The notes under the pieces were generated by a model that worked only from the letters and a program-made list of their open reading frames with translations, was not told the origin of the DNA and searched no databases. A program made the translations under genes and the position numbers. A stretch of 61,489 bases of DNA, counting the filler. It is 6 parts of 6 records of this genome, joined end to end, with 100 filler letters (N's around TTAATTAATTAA, not from the genome) between each part and the next. Parts side by side here need not be neighbours in the genome. Positions count along the whole stretch, not along the records: positions 36,127 to 61,489 come from SRR31156797_17772; 5 more parts are not named here. The stretch is one strand, 5' to 3'. Below are positions 61,076 to 61,489 of the stretch, in pieces (positions within the stretch are counted from its first letter, which is position 1; each line of letters begins with the position of its first letter).

Positions 61076-61250
61076 TTGTGGTTTATTTATGGGAATTGTA
61101 TGGTTAATAGTCTCCCTTATATTAATGATTCCAAAAATAGTAAATCCGTTTTACAACAAGGCATAGTACTATTTTTAATTGCTCTCTTTTTCGATATTAT
61201 TGGTTAAATAAGCAGTAATCGGATAAATTTAGAGGATAAAATTAACGCAT

Positions 61251-61282
61251 AAAAAAAGGGATTGTGTTTCACAATCCCTTTT
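61251..61282 (-). terminator. Terminator after rplT
   Basis: AAAAAAAGGGATTGTG-TTT-CACAATCCCTTTT. Confidence 0.88.
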
Positions 61283-61303
61283 CAAAGTAATTAATTTATA
61301 GTA

Positions 61304-61489
61304 CTATTTAGCTGCTTGTGCTTTTCCTATAACAGCTTTAAATGCTTCTGGATGATTCATTGCTAAATCGGCAAGAACCTTACGGTTAATCTCGATGTTA
61401 GCTTTGTGCATCAATCCGATCAATTGAGAGTAAGATAATCCTTCTAGTCTTGCAGCAGCATTAATACGCTGAATCCACAATGCACGGAA
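61304..61489 (-). CDS. rplT: 50S ribosomal protein L20, C-terminal part (partial)
   Basis: Hand translation [22 protein letters not shown]...[12 protein letters not shown]. Confidence 0.95.
   Translation of the reverse strand, partial: FRALWIQRINAAARLEGLSYSQLIGLMHKANIEINRKVLADLAMNHPEAFKAVIGKAQAAK

Overview
This window is not one locus. It is six unrelated contigs joined by 100-bp N/TTAATTAATTAA/N linkers (6155-6254, 17733-17832, 23265-23364, 29032-29131, 36027-36126), so adjacency across a linker is meaningless. Taxonomy below is inferred from gene content and promoter motifs. A (1-6154, probably Desulfobacterota): an AddB-like gene missed by the ORF track, a His-rich small protein, purC, mdh, an ABM protein and a USP. 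B (6255-17732, possibly a spirochaete): a decayed NhaP antiporter, a GGDEF/HD-GYP protein, a Cache hybrid kinase, two chemoreceptors, an MFS and a mini-protein carrying the OadB GGADGPT motif. C (17833-23264, Bacteroidota): sdhC/sdhA, a hydrolase, a nucleotidase and MarR with twin operators. D (23365-29031, probably deltaproteobacterial): fixC-fixX, a structured leader, yhdT-panF, EamA and SGNH. E (29132-36026, probably Desulfobacteraceae-like): a motB end, a thioesterase, an NreA/CsoR repressor with operator and MFS, a frameshifted TonB receptor and a tyrosine recombinase. F (36127-61489, Marinifilaceae-like Bacteroidota): a Na+-pumping decarboxylase mmdADCB, a CitD-CitE fusion plus citF, pepD, an orphan SusCD, a TBDR, a degenerate M49 peptidase, a PgpH-like protein, NlpC/P60, lepB, dapB and rplT. 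Best leads: the two-gene citrate-lyase-like module (no citC/G/X nearby) next to a Na+ pump whose beta subunit has an extra exported domain; the M49 lipoprotein that has lost its zinc ligands; the stand-alone GGADGPT mini-protein; and the structured leader of yhdT-panF. No rRNA, tRNA or CRISPR array was recognised.
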